DNA of 59,226 nt from a virus (lineage: Duplodnaviria > Caudoviricetes): the IMG/VR virus record IMGVR_UViG_3300020421_000016, positions 1 to 59,226 of that record. One strand, given 5' to 3'. The notes under the pieces are model-generated. The model did no database searches, was not told the DNA's origin, and saw only the letters and a program-made list of their open reading frames with translations. This document shows, one piece after another, positions 22,101-30,377 of the stretch (position 1 is the first letter of the stretch; every line of letters begins with the position of its first letter). The position numbers and the translations under genes are program-made.

Positions 22101-22706
22101 TGTTATATAAGTGTCTTGGTCGACATCAATGAGGCCGCCAAGACCACTCCAGTTTGCTCCGTCATACCCTTCAAACTGACTTGTGTCAGTATTGTAGCGC
22201 ATGTGACCTTGTAACGCTGATGGGCGGTCTGCTGTTCCACCCACAGGTATTTTAATTGCAGTGTTTCCACTGAATGTTGCATCGCTGAATAATACACTTC
22301 CTGGTGTTCCAGAAAATACTTCGCCTGTGTTTGTGGCATCAGGAATATAAGTTAATTGACCTGTGCCATTATCAAATCCAAAAAATCCTACTTTTGCGTT
22401 AGCACCATCGTGCCAACGAAATTCTATACCTCTGTCTTTATTATCATCACTTATTGGTGCAGTGTCGCCTCCAAGTGTAAAAACAGGATCATCAACTGTA
22501 ATAGTTGTACTATTAACAGTTGTAGTTGTTCCATTTACAATTAAGTTGCCGGGGATTGTTAAGTTGCTTACTGTAAGCCATTGTGCATTGGCTACATCAT
22601 ATTGCAGTAGATCTCCGTTTTCTGCAATATCATTAGCATCTAAAACTAAATCATCAAAATTAAAATTAACATCAAATGTGTTAAAGGCCGGGCCCATATA
22701 TGCCAT
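16173..22706 (-). CDS. Giant modular virion fibre/adhesin (2177 aa)
   Basis: N-terminal DVDQDTYIxAE repeats, two INEGxxVxxTLTTT Ig-like repeats, then several distinct propeller-type repeat blocks separated by Ser/Gly linkers, ending in IDY[IV]TxxTPGNAxDFGD[LM] repeats. Confidence 0.75.
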   Translation of the reverse strand: MAYMGPAFNTFDVNFNFDDLVLDANDIAENGDLLQYDVANAQWLTVSNLTIPGNLIVNGTTTTVNSTTITVDDPVFTLGGDTAPISDDNKDRGIEFRWHDGANAKVGFFGFDNGTGQLTYIPDATNTGEVFSGTPGSVLFSDATFSGNTAIKIPVGGTADRPSALQGHMRYNTDTSQFEGYDGANWSGLGGLIDVDQDTYITAEETTDADTLKMYTGGSLAVTVGSDQNVSFDSTGAIVVPVGTTAERPGSLAQGMIRYNTDDSTFEGYDGGAWGSLGGVKDVDQDTYIEAEQSADDDTLRFYTAGVERMTIDGTGNINFNGGLELGLQATITGEVTTTATTQVALDNWSITEYRTAKYMLQAIDVVSSEYHISELMVVHNGTSAFATEYGTIHTGANPLASYDVDVNSNSVRLLATPASTNNTNFKFSRNALTPEPTFALGSSSASINEGDAVTFTLTTTQVSNGTAVPYTITGIQSADLSVGSLTGNFTVNNNTATNAFTLSADATTEGAETLTLALDNGLASSAVTIGDTSLDPTYTLSADNTTINEGASVVITLTTTDVPDATNIAYTVTGVDANDLTAGTLTGNFTIASNTATATFTLAEDTTTEGNETLTLTLDNGAGNIAITITDSSTTPSSGGGGASIQVTPALPSNIWGSSTSNDWGHMERLSTNGTYTVVGDPGMDIVHNGQNVNNPGWAWIYRNSDGQEMKSWNSILDGTAPDDGSLNAYTSTASGTSKYHYMGFGYNTAINDDYAFISAPLSYDGSTGNNYNNGGYIVVIKLSDMSHARTFDMPTQLSGAGAPAYPAAGTQFGASEMVCNANWLLVGASKHNVGGTAEAGAVVAYDISDADPANWTYQFIENPNPNATPWQPVPNSGTFPQRGFGNGLTIENNRFASTYYGTLSVWDYSSGSWSQNLTLNEQFYPQNNSSTNNVLDGDRFLYTKTNSTQVTPNYAAYIKALDITNNFTELSSDQITEGNAYPGYKLVRDGDFIYTSDSGYVVDSKNNVGRIMKYKLSDSTHVENIEAFKEHGNADATNTYFGYSWDIKNGKLVAYEENNSTGAEYLVFKDLTPANSGSGDVDSATGSTGSLIQFSAIDAKHTNAYWFEFNNDGSKLYLPENNAGSYDEIITYDLGTNYDPTTTSNASTYTNSNIIVVPKSFIFNHDGTKILIFENNGNPACKQYDLNTPYDVSSVASNTPSATINNDPSYREWTNGTYANSGAKLYLMQQSSGGILREYNVSTAGDLSTASVVGSSNEIDLTTALGNGAQYGIQMNSTGTRLYVGFNPSGGADPELHQWNLSTPYDLSTATKTSSLTIGASNNFAEFQHMVLVNDTDFYISGLRTPSGQYGMWKYTLGTSGSGGGSASADGFINFTTDWAVAAGTGTVNQSNTANVSLPANKITQAADKSYYVTGEVYSKGGWLTKYNESGAFQWAKEYGSYYLRSEDVVTDDSNNVYVAGSDYGYGENLQAAGGTYDPQCLYIAKFNDAGARQWSKILRYNNISSSGNTTYTNQIEIDSYGNLWMVGSNSASVTGNSSQTVTLFKVDSSGALSGVWYLPSNVDTSNAPTDILVDGTDMYIGWTQYDTVYGAQGPHCVIAKMNIPGATGSPTYTWVKEYGMGSGGTHYDVGNMLAKTSDGNLIVGGYTDNQGAGQDNYATLMKLDDTNGNFIWKKRYDQQFGKAAINMAVDGSDNIYFTGDTNNANYTHYNLWMRKIDSSDGSTENVYELDFTGTASNGAAWRFETSHQRGLQVNRDGNLIMIISPNGNASGTYENTIIKFPSTITAGTFGQLIISESSSTGTDYTYGATDVNYASYSTVTSIGGQFQTTNYNSGTYNDTITTPTLTESLTVISSGGGGGSSSLAWGGTRGFLIGGNANGARSTNIEYLNIQSPGNASNFGDLVTAIESHTSGGNKTRGITNYGTISGQSYPPGWSTGLEYFTCATLGNASSFGNRANRTSVSYCVADGTKVIWAGGQGGTASGSYNNGNNFIDYVTADTTGDSVDFGDMTQAKHSGGSTNDDTRGVFISGLTSGGYTNVIDYITMATPGNAQDFGDLHNGDGSYAPSTGVVSNNTIGVIAGGMFDTTYNATDAITKITIQTPGNSSDFGDLTVAKERQGATTDGITGIFANGYQNTADNSIVKITIATPGNATDFGDTVANTNGQHSAMSGNAS

Positions 22707-23029
22707 TACGATAACTCCAGTACACTGGCGACAGCATCACAGTTAGCACTGCTTGCAGTTGCTTGTAAACTATCATTGGGCTCCAAGTTTATAGGTTTAT
22801 CTACGCTAAGTGTAGTGTTGGGAGGCACTGGCACTGCGTCTAATATTTTCCTACTTGTTCCGCTACTACTGTCTACTAATTCTAATGTTACATTTACGTT
22901 TGCACTACCATGTGTATTTGCAAAAAACATTCCATGTATTACACTACTGTTAAGTGCACCACCACATGTATAAACTGTGGTTGCGCTTGTTCCTACTGCG
23001 GTGTGTGCGTTTTTAAAACTACTCGCCAT
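22706..23029 (-). CDS. Small virion structural protein (107 aa)
   Basis: MASSFKNA...TTVYTC...INLEPNDSL...ASVLE beta-rich protein with a TAATG overlap to the next gene. Confidence 0.6.
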   Translation of the reverse strand: MASSFKNAHTAVGTSATTVYTCGGALNSSVIHGMFFANTHGSANVNVTLELVDSSSGTSRKILDAVPVPPNTTLSVDKPINLEPNDSLQATASSANCDAVASVLELS

Positions 23030-23033
23030 TCAT

Positions 23034-23531
23034 TTAACTCCCAAGTGCAATCGCGAACGCAATTGCATCTCCTTCACTTATGCCACTACCAGCACTTGCA
23101 GTATTATCTGTTCCTGGTACCCATTGAGAACCGTCCCATTTTAATACTTGACCTACGTTAGGTGCTGTGTTACTTACATCGGTTAAATCACCAATTGCTG
23201 TTGCACCACCGCCACCGCCACCACTTACGAACTCGGTCCAGTTTCCTGCGGCATTAGGCATATCTCCAGTAGATGTATTTCTTTGTTCTCCAACTAGCAG
23301 ACTGTATTTGTAAAATTTATTACCTGTAACACTACCATATGTGTTTTTAACATAAACAAGCATACCTTCTTGTAAACGTTGGCCTGTAATATCAGTTAAC
23401 TGATCTCCAGAATCTCCACTTATATAACGTAACCCACCACGTATTTCTGTATCAAGTACAATAGGATGGTCACCACTAGGGCTCCAAGTACCTGTCCATG
23501 CGTTTCTGGTTAAACCATTATAATCTGCCAT
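23034..23531 (-). CDS. Virion structural protein
   Basis: 165 aa with a DLTDV...GQVLKWDGSQWVP fibre motif and C-terminal AIAFAIALG. Confidence 0.6.
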   Translation of the reverse strand: MADYNGLTRNAWTGTWSPSGDHPIVLDTEIRGGLRYISGDSGDQLTDITGQRLQEGMLVYVKNTYGSVTGNKFYKYSLLVGEQRNTSTGDMPNAAGNWTEFVSGGGGGGATAIGDLTDVSNTAPNVGQVLKWDGSQWVPGTDNTASAGSGISEGDAIAFAIALGS

Positions 23532-23532
23532 G

Positions 23533-25029
23533 TTATGTTATCCTCACATAAGTTTGTCCTGGCTGAAGCGTTATTCCATAGAGTGTATAACTCTCGCCGT
23601 TGTAACCACTAGGGGCTGTCGTAGGTTCTAAATTTAATGTGTTACCTGATGTAACATTTGTATCACTTAACAATGCACTGCTGGGTCCTGTTTGAAATAC
23701 AGTTGGTTGACTAACAGTAGTTCTAACACCAAACCAAAATGCTCTTGGATTTGCATCAGTGTTGTCGATTGTTGTATTAATACTATTTGCTTGATTTCCT
23801 AGCTCTGTTACGTCTGCATGAAAATCATTACTGTCTACTACTTCACTATTTGTTGGTACTGTAGTTACGTCAGCAGTCCATACATAAAAACTAGGATATG
23901 TAAAACTTGCATTTATACTACTGTCAGATGCTGTATCTGTTACAGTATAACTGGTTCCCACTACCCCTACAGGTCTAGTAAACACTGTGCTTACATCTAC
24001 ACTTCTACCTGTGTTGTTGTCTTTATGTATTGCATCTGTAAATGTAAATGTACCACTTCCGTTTGCATTACTTACTGTACCACCAGTAGGTGTTACTGTA
24101 CTAGCCGCATTATTGTTATCATCTAGTCCTGTAATATTGATTGTGTAGTTTACTGTTGTGTATGTTTCTAAAAAGTTTTTACCCGATAAATTACCGAAAT
24201 TTGCCGTTACGTTTGCATTTTGCCAACTATAACTAATACCATCTGTATCTGTCCACGTGGCACTTTGATCATCTGCAAATCCTATTGTAGCACTTGCACT
24301 ACCACCTGTTAAACCATTTCCGTTACTATAGATAGTTGCTGTTGAGTTTGTTGTAAATGTTTGTGTCCAATCAACACCACCTGCTGGTGTAACGTTAGGA
24401 CCACTTGTTGTGTAATCTGCAAGTGTTGTGTAAACACCAGTTGCACTTGTAATTGATTCTACACTTGCAATCCATCTATCTGTAAAGTCTGTAGGGTTAT
24501 CTACTGATACACTAAATTGTGTAGCAGGCTCGTCCCATTTTAAACTTTGTCCACTTGCACTAACTACTGGACTAAAGTTTGCAAGTTCTACTTCTAGTTT
24601 ATTGTCATTATTAATTGCAACACTTCTAACAGTATATGTAGTACCTGTTTCTAACCATTGCTCACTAACTCTTAATTCGTTATTGGCTCCTGATGTTACC
24701 CATTGGATCTTTTCTCCAACTATTGTGCTTGGAACAAATGCAGTGCCGTTCCATTCTAACACTTGTCCAGTTGTTATGCCAGTTGTATTAACATCACTTA
24801 AACTACCTATTACATTATCTTCTAGAGCACCTAAACTTAGCCAATCAGTACCATCGTATCCTTCAAATATATTATTTGTACTATTAAAACGTAGCTCCCC
24901 ACCAGCCAAAGTGCTAGTACGTTGTGCAGTTGTGCCCGCAGGAAGTTTGATACTTCCTGTAATATCAAAGTTGATATCACTTGTACTAGTGTTTACCTTG
25001 TTAAACTGATGATCTAAGTTAATTGCCAT
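23533..25029 (-). CDS. Virion structural/fibre protein
   Basis: 498 aa with LPAGTTAQR...GELRFNSTNNIFEGYDGTDW and LSDV...GQVLEWNG motifs and a Thr-rich beta body. Confidence 0.65.
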   Translation of the reverse strand: MAINLDHQFNKVNTSTSDINFDITGSIKLPAGTTAQRTSTLAGGELRFNSTNNIFEGYDGTDWLSLGALEDNVIGSLSDVNTTGITTGQVLEWNGTAFVPSTIVGEKIQWVTSGANNELRVSEQWLETGTTYTVRSVAINNDNKLEVELANFSPVVSASGQSLKWDEPATQFSVSVDNPTDFTDRWIASVESITSATGVYTTLADYTTSGPNVTPAGGVDWTQTFTTNSTATIYSNGNGLTGGSASATIGFADDQSATWTDTDGISYSWQNANVTANFGNLSGKNFLETYTTVNYTINITGLDDNNNAASTVTPTGGTVSNANGSGTFTFTDAIHKDNNTGRSVDVSTVFTRPVGVVGTSYTVTDTASDSSINASFTYPSFYVWTADVTTVPTNSEVVDSNDFHADVTELGNQANSINTTIDNTDANPRAFWFGVRTTVSQPTVFQTGPSSALLSDTNVTSGNTLNLEPTTAPSGYNGESYTLYGITLQPGQTYVRIT

Positions 25030-25053
25030 TTGTATTAATTACCTTGTTTTATG

Positions 25054-25060
25054 TATTTAT
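25054..25060 (-). promoter_or_regulatory. Putative late promoter (ATAAATA)
   Basis: GAGCATAAATA, the same flank as the copy at 5470, upstream of the start at 25029. Confidence 0.65.
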
Positions 25061-25064
25061 GCTC

Positions 25065-26705
25065 TTACTTTCTTATTGTGACGCCTGGCAAGTCAATTGT
25101 ATTAGTATATACATTTGACGTACGAAATGGCATGCTTAAAAACTTATTACTGCTTCCTTGTCCGCTTTTGTATGTTGTATAATCTGTTTCTGTATTACCG
25201 CTATTGCTATCAAAACTTGCAGCTTCTGCACCTATTTCAGTGTCAACAGCATTAGATCTCAAGTATGCTAACATACCAGTATTGTTAATCCAAGGACGCA
25301 TTGCTGCGACACATGCCGCATATCCACAAACCTGTGGGCTTGCCATACTTGTGCCACTATAATATGCTAAACTGTTGTTGCCATATCGTGTACTTGTAGT
25401 GCTTCTTGTTGCTGGAATGCTACTTAAAATATAACTGCCCGGTGCCCAAATATCTACTCTTGTTCCACAGCTACTACTATTTCTTTTTGCTACTGTGTAT
25501 CCGTTTGCACTAACACTACGTGAGCTAATTTCACAGTTACCTACGCTTATTACACCGGTAGCCGCTGTTGGGCTACTGCCTCTGTGATAATATCTATTAG
25601 CACCACTCCAGTAATCTCCACTATACCAGTTATCGTATCCTGTTTCGCCTAATCTATATGCTCTGTGATAATCGTTTCCTGCAGCACCTATTACAATTAT
25701 TCCGTCTGCAACCATTTGTTCTACTTCTGCATCTACACTTGCTACACGTGATGGGTGCCTGTGTCCACTTGGCCAACGATATGCCGCATCTAACATTCCA
25801 TACTCTTTTCTATGAGTTGTTGGATTACTACTATCGTCCCATGCAGTACCCATATGATTTCCGTACATGCTATTAATGTAAGAACTTGTATATCCCCAAC
25901 TCATGTTAACAATAGTAGGACGTCTATATCCTGTATTAGGATCTATATTTTTTTGATTATGAAATGCTCTTATTAAATCAAAAGCATGTGTCATACTAAT
26001 ACCACCAGTGCCTAGTCCTGCAAGTTTTTGTGCATAAATTCTTGCTTCACTTGCCCAGCCTTGATATCTACCTGCAGCTGTGCCTGCTACATGTGTACCA
26101 TGTCCATCAGTATCTGTATAAAAATCACTAGCTTGAGAACCTAATCCGCTGTTACCTGTACCTGCATACCAGTCAATTTCATATACTCTACTACCGTTTT
26201 GGTCGTTAGTAAATTCAATATGATCTGGTCTAATACCTGTGTCTTGAATTACAACATCTGCACCTTTGCCCTGTAAAACATATGTTTGATCTACTGTAAG
26301 TCCTGTATTTTGAACAAAGTTGTCTCTTATATTACTTGCTTTATAACAGGCATGAGTACCCCATTGTATTTCGTTTTCATAATCTATACTACCTTGCCCA
26401 TTACTTTTTGTTGTGCCTACCCTACGTCCAAATAATTCTATTTCTACATCGTCTCTTTGCTCAGCGGGTACTTCAACTGCTTCTATTCTGGAGTCATTAT
26501 TCAGTGCTTGTGCTTCACTATCAGTTAAGTTATAATGAGTATTACGACTGTTTGTTGGCTTTTCATGTATTACATCTACTGTTCTGTCAGGAACAATATT
26601 GCTGTCAACATCTGACGCTGTTGATGTATCTCGTGTTAATTCATTATGCAACTCTTGCCAATTTGCATTTGATTTTACTGTTACAACGTATTCTTTTTCA
26701 CTCAT
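25065..26705 (-). CDS. Subtilisin-like serine protease (peptidase S8)
   Basis: Catalytic motifs VVIQDTG, GHGTHVAGTAAG, AAGN (oxyanion Asn) and SGTSMASPQVCG, plus an N-terminal prodomain-like segment. Confidence 0.92.
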   Translation of the reverse strand: MSEKEYVVTVKSNANWQELHNELTRDTSTASDVDSNIVPDRTVDVIHEKPTNSRNTHYNLTDSEAQALNNDSRIEAVEVPAEQRDDVEIELFGRRVGTTKSNGQGSIDYENEIQWGTHACYKASNIRDNFVQNTGLTVDQTYVLQGKGADVVIQDTGIRPDHIEFTNDQNGSRVYEIDWYAGTGNSGLGSQASDFYTDTDGHGTHVAGTAAGRYQGWASEARIYAQKLAGLGTGGISMTHAFDLIRAFHNQKNIDPNTGYRRPTIVNMSWGYTSSYINSMYGNHMGTAWDDSSNPTTHRKEYGMLDAAYRWPSGHRHPSRVASVDAEVEQMVADGIIVIGAAGNDYHRAYRLGETGYDNWYSGDYWSGANRYYHRGSSPTAATGVISVGNCEISSRSVSANGYTVAKRNSSSCGTRVDIWAPGSYILSSIPATRSTTSTRYGNNSLAYYSGTSMASPQVCGYAACVAAMRPWINNTGMLAYLRSNAVDTEIGAEAASFDSNSGNTETDYTTYKSGQGSSNKFLSMPFRTSNVYTNTIDLPGVTIRK

Positions 26706-26732
26706 TTTTTTTCCATTCTAAGCCATATATCA

Positions 26733-26739
26733 TATTTAT
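26733..26739 (-). promoter_or_regulatory. Putative late promoter (ATAAATA)
   Basis: Lies in the gap upstream of the subtilisin gene. Confidence 0.6.
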
Positions 26740-26740
26740 T

Positions 26741-27931
26741 TTAAGTAGTTGCTCCATAGATTGTGCCACTATTGTTTAAAGTATATGTATTTGAACTATC
26801 TTCTACTGCTTTTCCTCCAGCACCACCTTGACACTGGGTAGATGTAAAAGCACCACGGTATCCTTTTCCGCCTGCGGCTCCCCAGCCGCCACCTCCGCCT
26901 GATTGACCTGAGTTACCTCCTGCTCCACCGTCTGCTCCAGCTTCGCCGCCACCGCCACCATAAGGGCCATAAGCGGGACTGTGCCTAAGTCCTGGAATCA
27001 TTCTACCTCCACCTCGTCCTGATGCAGATGTTTGGTCCTCTCCACTAGAAGATACACCAGATCCACCAGCGTAGCCATGAGAGAAATTTTTTGTCCAAGT
27101 GTAGTAGCCGCCACTTGAGTGTAAAGATGTAGTAACCCACCAACCTCGTTGGTTTAATTCACCAGCATAACCAAGTCCAGGACCGTTACCACAGTTTGTT
27201 CCAACTATACCAAATTCAGAATACTGTGGTCCTTCAGTGGTATAATTAGGCCAACCTGAACCTCTATTATCACTAAAAGAGTTTGGCCCTACTCTGAAAC
27301 CACCTTCGCCGCCTCCAGCACCGCCGCCACCTCCAGAACAGGTGTTTTGCGGTTCAACGCCAGAAGCACCACCGCCTCCACCGCCGCCGGCTATATAAGC
27401 ACCTGTGCTATTTGTAATTGTTACCCCACTAACATTGGAGTTTATTTTAATAGCAGGTCCGCCATCAGAACCAGTACCTAAATCTACTGTATTATATCCG
27501 GAGTTATATGCACCAACAGTTGGATGCGGTAAATTTTTAATTCTTATACCCGAACCACCTTGTCCACCTTTACCAATAATTTTACCCTCGTTTATAATAG
27601 TACAAGGTATGTCAATTGTTAATGCCGCTTTTGATGTGTTATCTGACCAAATCCACATATTTGACGGAATACGTAAAGTACCTCCAGAATCAATAAAGTC
27701 ACTAGCTGTAATTTCTTTTCTTTGATTTATTCCGTTAATAGTGCCGCCTGATGTTAATTCTACTTCATTAGAAGCACCATAGTATTCACTAATAGCATTC
27801 TGTGTACTTACTGCTTTGTTTATCAAACCTCTTACATCTACTTCATTTAATGAACAGGAAGTTCCACTAGTGCCACCGGCCTCTACGTGTATTTGATTAA
27901 GACTTAATGGGCCACTTAGAGGTAATGCCAT
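26741..27931 (-). CDS. Glycine-rich receptor-recognising adhesin, T-even gp38-like
   Basis: IIGKGGQGG, GGPAI, YIAGGGGGGG, further poly-Gly motifs, GGGWGAAGG and a C-terminal GTIYG match the gp38 polyglycine-sandwich pattern. Confidence 0.7.
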   Translation of the reverse strand: MALPLSGPLSLNQIHVEAGGTSGTSCSLNEVDVRGLINKAVSTQNAISEYYGASNEVELTSGGTINGINQRKEITASDFIDSGGTLRIPSNMWIWSDNTSKAALTIDIPCTIINEGKIIGKGGQGGSGIRIKNLPHPTVGAYNSGYNTVDLGTGSDGGPAIKINSNVSGVTITNSTGAYIAGGGGGGGASGVEPQNTCSGGGGGAGGGEGGFRVGPNSFSDNRGSGWPNYTTEGPQYSEFGIVGTNCGNGPGLGYAGELNQRGWWVTTSLHSSGGYYTWTKNFSHGYAGGSGVSSSGEDQTSASGRGGGRMIPGLRHSPAYGPYGGGGGEAGADGGAGGNSGQSGGGGGWGAAGGKGYRGAFTSTQCQGGAGGKAVEDSSNTYTLNNSGTIYGATT

Positions 27932-28719
27932 TACACACTACCATAAGCTGTTACATCACCAGTAACTGTTAAATTACCATTGGGATCAAGTTTCATCTTT
28001 GTAACTCCACCTGTTTGAAATAATAGATCAACGCCGCTTTCTATAACTCTCCAGTTTCCAAGAACTATACCGCCAGAAGCATCATAAATTACAGCTTTAT
28101 TGTTTACAACTGTACCTGCAGACGCTCCATCAAGCAACGCAGTTGCAGTATCTGTATATGTGTTAGCATTTGATTCTGCTGTAGTTATATCACTTGTTAG
28201 TGCAACTGTACCGTCAATATTATTTTGTAAACTTATTGTATTGCTAGTTACACTATTTTGGAATTGTAAAACTCCACCAACTTCTACAATACTCCAGTTT
28301 GTTAAATTGCTTAGTACACCTTGTACAAGTAAATTACCTGTAACTTCCATAGCACTTGTAACATTTACCTGTCCAGTTGGATTAATTATAATATCACTTC
28401 CACTTGACAGCGTTGGTGTTCCTGTGCTAGTACTAATGAATTCCTCTGCTGTAACACTGTTTGTAATGACTGCTGAATCAGCAGTCAATCCTGATTCCAA
28501 GTTTAGTGCATCTCCAAAAATATCGTCCCATCTTTTGGTTAGTGTGCCTAAACTGTATATTTTGTCTGCGTCAGGAATAATATGACTACTTACATCAGCA
28601 TTAAATGTAACACTGTCCGTATCTGTATCTCCTGAAATGGTATTACCACCAACAACAATATTGCCCGTAAGCGATACGTTTCCTGCTACATCCAATCCTT
28701 GTTCAAAATTTGTACTCAT
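27931..28719 (-). CDS. Short tail-fibre protein
   Basis: 262 aa ending KMKLDPNGNLTVTGDVTAYGSV, coupled by TAATG to the gp38-like gene. Confidence 0.65.
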   Translation of the reverse strand: MSTNFEQGLDVAGNVSLTGNIVVGGNTISGDTDTDSVTFNADVSSHIIPDADKIYSLGTLTKRWDDIFGDALNLESGLTADSAVITNSVTAEEFISTSTGTPTLSSGSDIIINPTGQVNVTSAMEVTGNLLVQGVLSNLTNWSIVEVGGVLQFQNSVTSNTISLQNNIDGTVALTSDITTAESNANTYTDTATALLDGASAGTVVNNKAVIYDASGGIVLGNWRVIESGVDLLFQTGGVTKMKLDPNGNLTVTGDVTAYGSV

Positions 28720-28730
28720 ATTTTATTCCT

Positions 28731-30278
28731 TTAACCAAATATCTGATATGTTATAGTTCTAGCCTGACTATTTGTCGTGCTACAACGCCCATAAACTACT
28801 ACTGGACCACCACTATTATTAGTGTATGGATTTCCATAATTTGTCCAGTTTAGTACTGAACCTTGATAATTGTCGTACCATTGGCTTCCACTGTTAGTAT
28901 CACTGGACCATCCAAATATTGTTTGTCCATTTTGTACTGTTACAGGAGTATTAAATGATAATGCAGTTTGTGTGCCATTGCCTCCAATAAGTGTACCGCC
29001 AGTGATAAATCCACCACCACCACCACTATTAAGCAATCCTCCGTTATCTGTAAGATCGCCTAAGTCCGTTGGTATAGTTGGTTTACCTGTTAAATCTGCC
29101 CATGCTCCTGAAAACAAAGTTGGAAGTCCTGTAAGTGAATTATAATCTCCATCAAAATCTGCTCCAAACTTCATAACAACTATTCTACCTACACCGCCAC
29201 TATTTGATATACCGCCTCTTATATAAACATCTTTAGTAGTACCTGTTGTATTAGCCCATCTTATATGTGCATTTGTTGTGTTTGCAAGTACTGTACTACT
29301 AGGATTAAATCCTACCCAACCATCTTGATCCCAAATTTGCATAAAAGTGCTTGTATTACTAGTTGCATGGTCTGCTAGCCATGTAACAACTACTTGGCCA
29401 TCTTCAACGCCTGTTAAATTTATACTACCTTGTGTAAGTCCTGTCAAAATTACTTCAGGGGCGGCGGCAATAGATGCACCTCCACCTCCACCGCCTGCGT
29501 TAGCGGCAACATAATTTTGCACATATAATTCTGATGCTAAACCTGCTGTGTCTGTTGTAATTTGTTGGCTTACATATGCTTGTGTTGCAATTGTACTATC
29601 AACACTTATAGTTAAAGTGTTACCACTACCAACTGTGTCTATACCTGTGCCTCCAGCAATAGTTAAAACTTCACTATCTAAATCTATCTCAAGAGTTCCG
29701 CCAGTATCTCCTGCAAAATCTAAATTTTCCGCAGTAATTTGTTGATTTACATATGCCTGTGTTGCAAGTGTATCTGTTACATCAGGTAATGTAACTGTAT
29801 TTCCTGATACGCTGTTAACAAATGTTAATACTCCGCTTGATTCTACAATACTCCAATTAAGTAGATTGCTTAATACACCTTGTACAAGTAAGTTTCCTGT
29901 TACTTCTATATCGCTTGTAACGTTAACTTGTCCTGTGGGATTAATTATAATATCACTACCACTACTAAGAGTTGGTGTACCAGTGCTTGTACTAATAAAT
30001 TCTTCTGCTGTAACACTTGTTGTAACTACTGCACTTGCGGCACTTAGACCGCTTTCTAAGTTAAGTGCATCTCCAAAAATGTTATCCCAACGTTTTGTTA
30101 TTGTACCCAAGCTATAAGTTTTATCTACGTCTGGAATAATATCACTGCTAACATCTGCATTAAATGTTACATTGTCAGTATTTGCATCTCCTGCTACTGT
30201 ATTACCACCGACTATTATGTTTCCTGTTAGATTAACATTGCCCTCAACATCTAGCCCTTGTTCAAAATTGGTACTCAT
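28731..30278 (-). CDS. Virion fibre/structural protein, N-terminus paralogous to 27931..28719
   Basis: 515 aa. The first about 150 aa are nearly identical to the neighbour (MSTNFEQGLDV...NWSIVE); Gly linkers separate the C-terminal domains. Confidence 0.65.
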   Translation of the reverse strand: MSTNFEQGLDVEGNVNLTGNIIVGGNTVAGDANTDNVTFNADVSSDIIPDVDKTYSLGTITKRWDNIFGDALNLESGLSAASAVVTTSVTAEEFISTSTGTPTLSSGSDIIINPTGQVNVTSDIEVTGNLLVQGVLSNLLNWSIVESSGVLTFVNSVSGNTVTLPDVTDTLATQAYVNQQITAENLDFAGDTGGTLEIDLDSEVLTIAGGTGIDTVGSGNTLTISVDSTIATQAYVSQQITTDTAGLASELYVQNYVAANAGGGGGGASIAAAPEVILTGLTQGSINLTGVEDGQVVVTWLADHATSNTSTFMQIWDQDGWVGFNPSSTVLANTTNAHIRWANTTGTTKDVYIRGGISNSGGVGRIVVMKFGADFDGDYNSLTGLPTLFSGAWADLTGKPTIPTDLGDLTDNGGLLNSGGGGGFITGGTLIGGNGTQTALSFNTPVTVQNGQTIFGWSSDTNSGSQWYDNYQGSVLNWTNYGNPYTNNSGGPVVVYGRCSTTNSQARTITYQIFG

Positions 30279-30297
30279 CCTCGTCTCCTGTTACCAA

Positions 30298-30304
30298 TAT
30301 TTAT
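30298..30304 (-). promoter_or_regulatory. Putative late promoter (ATAAATA)
   Basis: Lies just downstream of the gp23 terminator and upstream of the start at 30278. Confidence 0.65.
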
Positions 30305-30314
30305 CGAATTAGTC

Positions 30315-30347
30315 AAAGAAAAAGGAACCCAGGTTGCCCTGGGTTCC
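30315..30347 (-). terminator. Rho-independent terminator after the major capsid gene
   Basis: Minus strand reads GGAACCCAGG-GCAA-CCTGGGTTCC-TTTTTCTTT: a perfect 10-bp stem, GNRA loop and U-tract. Confidence 0.92.
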
Positions 30348-30377
30348 GGTCTCCACTGTCATTCTGTGGTAACGTAC

